This document shows, piece after piece, positions 49,754 to 50,993 of a stretch of DNA of 50,993 nucleotides. Made by a program: the position numbers and the translations under genes. Each line of letters begins with the position of its first letter. Within the stretch, counting starts at the first letter, position 1. The DNA comes from Microthrixaceae bacterium. Lineage in GTDB: Bacteria; Actinomycetota; Acidimicrobiia; Acidimicrobiales; Microtrichaceae. The DNA lies in contig JBIKPA010000001.1 in the NCBI GenBank assembly GCA_044357715.1, positions 1 through 50,993 of the forward strand, written 5' to 3'. The notes beneath the pieces were generated by a model. That model saw only the letters and a list, made by a program, of their open reading frames with translations, did not search any database and was not told the origin of the DNA.

Positions 49754-50993
49754 TGCGAGTCCTGCGCCGGCCCGCTCAAGTCAGGCCCGCCTAAATCCGC
49801 TGGGATGAGCTCAATGAGATCCTGCTCGGTAGGTTGCTCAAGCTTGACGACCCGGCTGGCATGTCGGTTGACTGCAGCTTCGAACATGTTTCTGGCAACT
49901 CGAGCGTTACCAAACCCCTTCTCTCGGGGCAGTGAATCAAGTTGCTCGGCAAAGGTGCTGCGCGCAGCGTCTGTGAGTTCGTAGCGCTCCTTGTATCCCA
50001 TTGAGTCAACAATCTGCATGAGTTCTTCGGTTGAGTAGTCCGGAAACTCAATGGTGGTAGGGAAGCGAGACCGCAGGCCAGGGTTAGCAGAGAGAAACTC
50101 CTGCATCTCGACGGGGTAGCCAGCCACTATGAGCACAACGCTGTCTCGGCGGTCTTCCATCAACTTGACGATCTGATCGATAGCCTCTCGACCAAAATCA
50201 TTTTCTCCTCCTCGGACCAAGGTGTAGGCCTCATCGATAAAAAGCATGCCCTCTTCAGCCTCGTCGAATTTGGCACGCACGAGCGGCGCAGTTTGTCCAA
50301 CAAACCCCGCAACCAAACCCGATCGGTCTGTCTCAACGAGTTGACCGCGAGCTACTACTCCTAGGGTGCGATAAATCTGTGCCAACAAGCGGGCCACTGT
50401 TGTTTTGCCAGTGCCAGGGTTGCCAGTAAAAACCAAGTGATTGCTGGTTTCCATAGTTGGAAGGTTGCGTCCCGCTCGAAGCCCCTGCACGCAGAGAAAG
50501 TCTGCGACAAGGTGAACCCGTTCTTTCACCTCTTCTAGACCAATGAGTTGGTCTAGCTCTGCGAGCAACTCTTCGAGCGGCCGAGCCGGAGGGTGAGCGT
50601 CTTGTGCAGATTCTGGGCTCGCATCGGCGTTCTCGGCAGCTTTCACAGAAGGCGCCTTCTGTTGGGTGCGGTCCACGTTGTCTGGACTGCCCGAACCTTC
50701 TGGAGAAAGGCTCATGCCGGCAAGCAGCTTTGATCTCAGCGCCGAGATTGCAGCAAGTTCGGCAGTAGAGGTCACTACATCAAGAGAGGCCACTACATGG
50801 GCAATATCAAGAGACCGGTTGTAATACTGCTGAGCTAACGCTGTGCCACAGCGCCTATCGGCATCGGCCAGAATGCCAAAGAGTTCCGAGTCTGATTCCA
50901 GCCACAGGCGACGCCCAACCACAAGGTCGCTGCCACGAAGAGTCTCTGGAGTTGCCATCAACAACTGTGTGTCGGCAAGCCTATGGCCGAAAG
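49750..50993 (-). CDS. AAA+ ATPase, SpoVK/CbbX/EccA-like (5'-truncated by the window)
   Basis: LDQLIGL..VK, HLVFTGNPGTGKTTVAR, LFIDEAY, NPGLRSRF, FGNAR. The frame stays open from 50964 to the window edge. Confidence 0.92.
   Translation of the reverse strand, partial: FGHRLADTQLLMATPETLRGSDLVVGRRLWLESDSELFGILADADRRCGTALAQQYYNRSLDIAHVVASLDVVTSTAELAAISALRSKLLAGMSLSPEGSGSPDNVDRTQQKAPSVKAAENADASPESAQDAHPPARPLEELLAELDQLIGLEEVKERVHLVADFLCVQGLRAGRNLPTMETSNHLVFTGNPGTGKTTVARLLAQIYRTLGVVARGQLVETDRSGLVAGFVGQTAPLVRAKFDEAEEGMLFIDEAYTLVRGGENDFGREAIDQIVKLMEDRRDSVVLIVAGYPVEMQEFLSANPGLRSRFPTTIEFPDYSTEELMQIVDSMGYKERYELTDAARSTFAEQLDSLPREKGFGNARVARNMFEAAVNRHASRVVKLEQPTEQDLIELIPADLGGPDLSGPAQDSQ

Noticed and set aside
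49750-50993. AAA+ ATPase as the RuBisCO activase CbbX or type VII secretion EccA
   Set aside because: No RuBisCO, WXG100 or Ecc genes in the window, and the visible N-terminal region does not look TPR-like.
50958-50993. ORF-track start at 50964 with an upstream TAGGCT promoter
   Set aside because: The frame is open to the window edge (FGHRLADTQLLM...), so truncation is the more likely reading.

Overview
About 51 kb of a moderately GC-rich actinobacterial chromosome, probably class Acidimicrobiia (inferred from gene content and order, not verified). Most of it is housekeeping: the end of a Liv-type ABC operon; a complete F1Fo ATP synthase operon (atpZ-I-B-E-F'-F-H-A-G-D-C); a DrrAB-type exporter; glpX; a small sugar-nucleotide/GT4 cluster; tRNA-Gly(TCC) and tRNA-Pro(TGG); tig-clpP-clpX-folC-ndk; mreBCD-mrdA-rodA; rne; rplU-rpmA; an HD/dGTPase-like gene; and obg-proB. 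No mobile element, prophage or CRISPR array is visible. The best candidate for an undescribed system is the minus-strand cluster at 43.2-51 kb, in transcription order: SpoVK/CbbX-type AAA+ ATPase with a possible TerB-like N-terminal region (truncated by the window), a secreted SBP-like protein, an SBP-vWA lipoprotein, a membrane-anchored coiled-coil protein, MurJ and PspA. It looks like an envelope-stress or membrane-remodelling module. Other points of interest are a structured ~0.5 kb leader upstream of rne, C-terminal extensions on ATP synthase alpha and gamma, a 2H-phosphoesterase-GNAT fusion, a His-rich tail on trigger factor, many apparently leaderless genes, and many 13-21 bp tandem duplications, two of which copy a stop codon at convergent gene junctions. 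All family assignments come from motif recognition; no searches were run.
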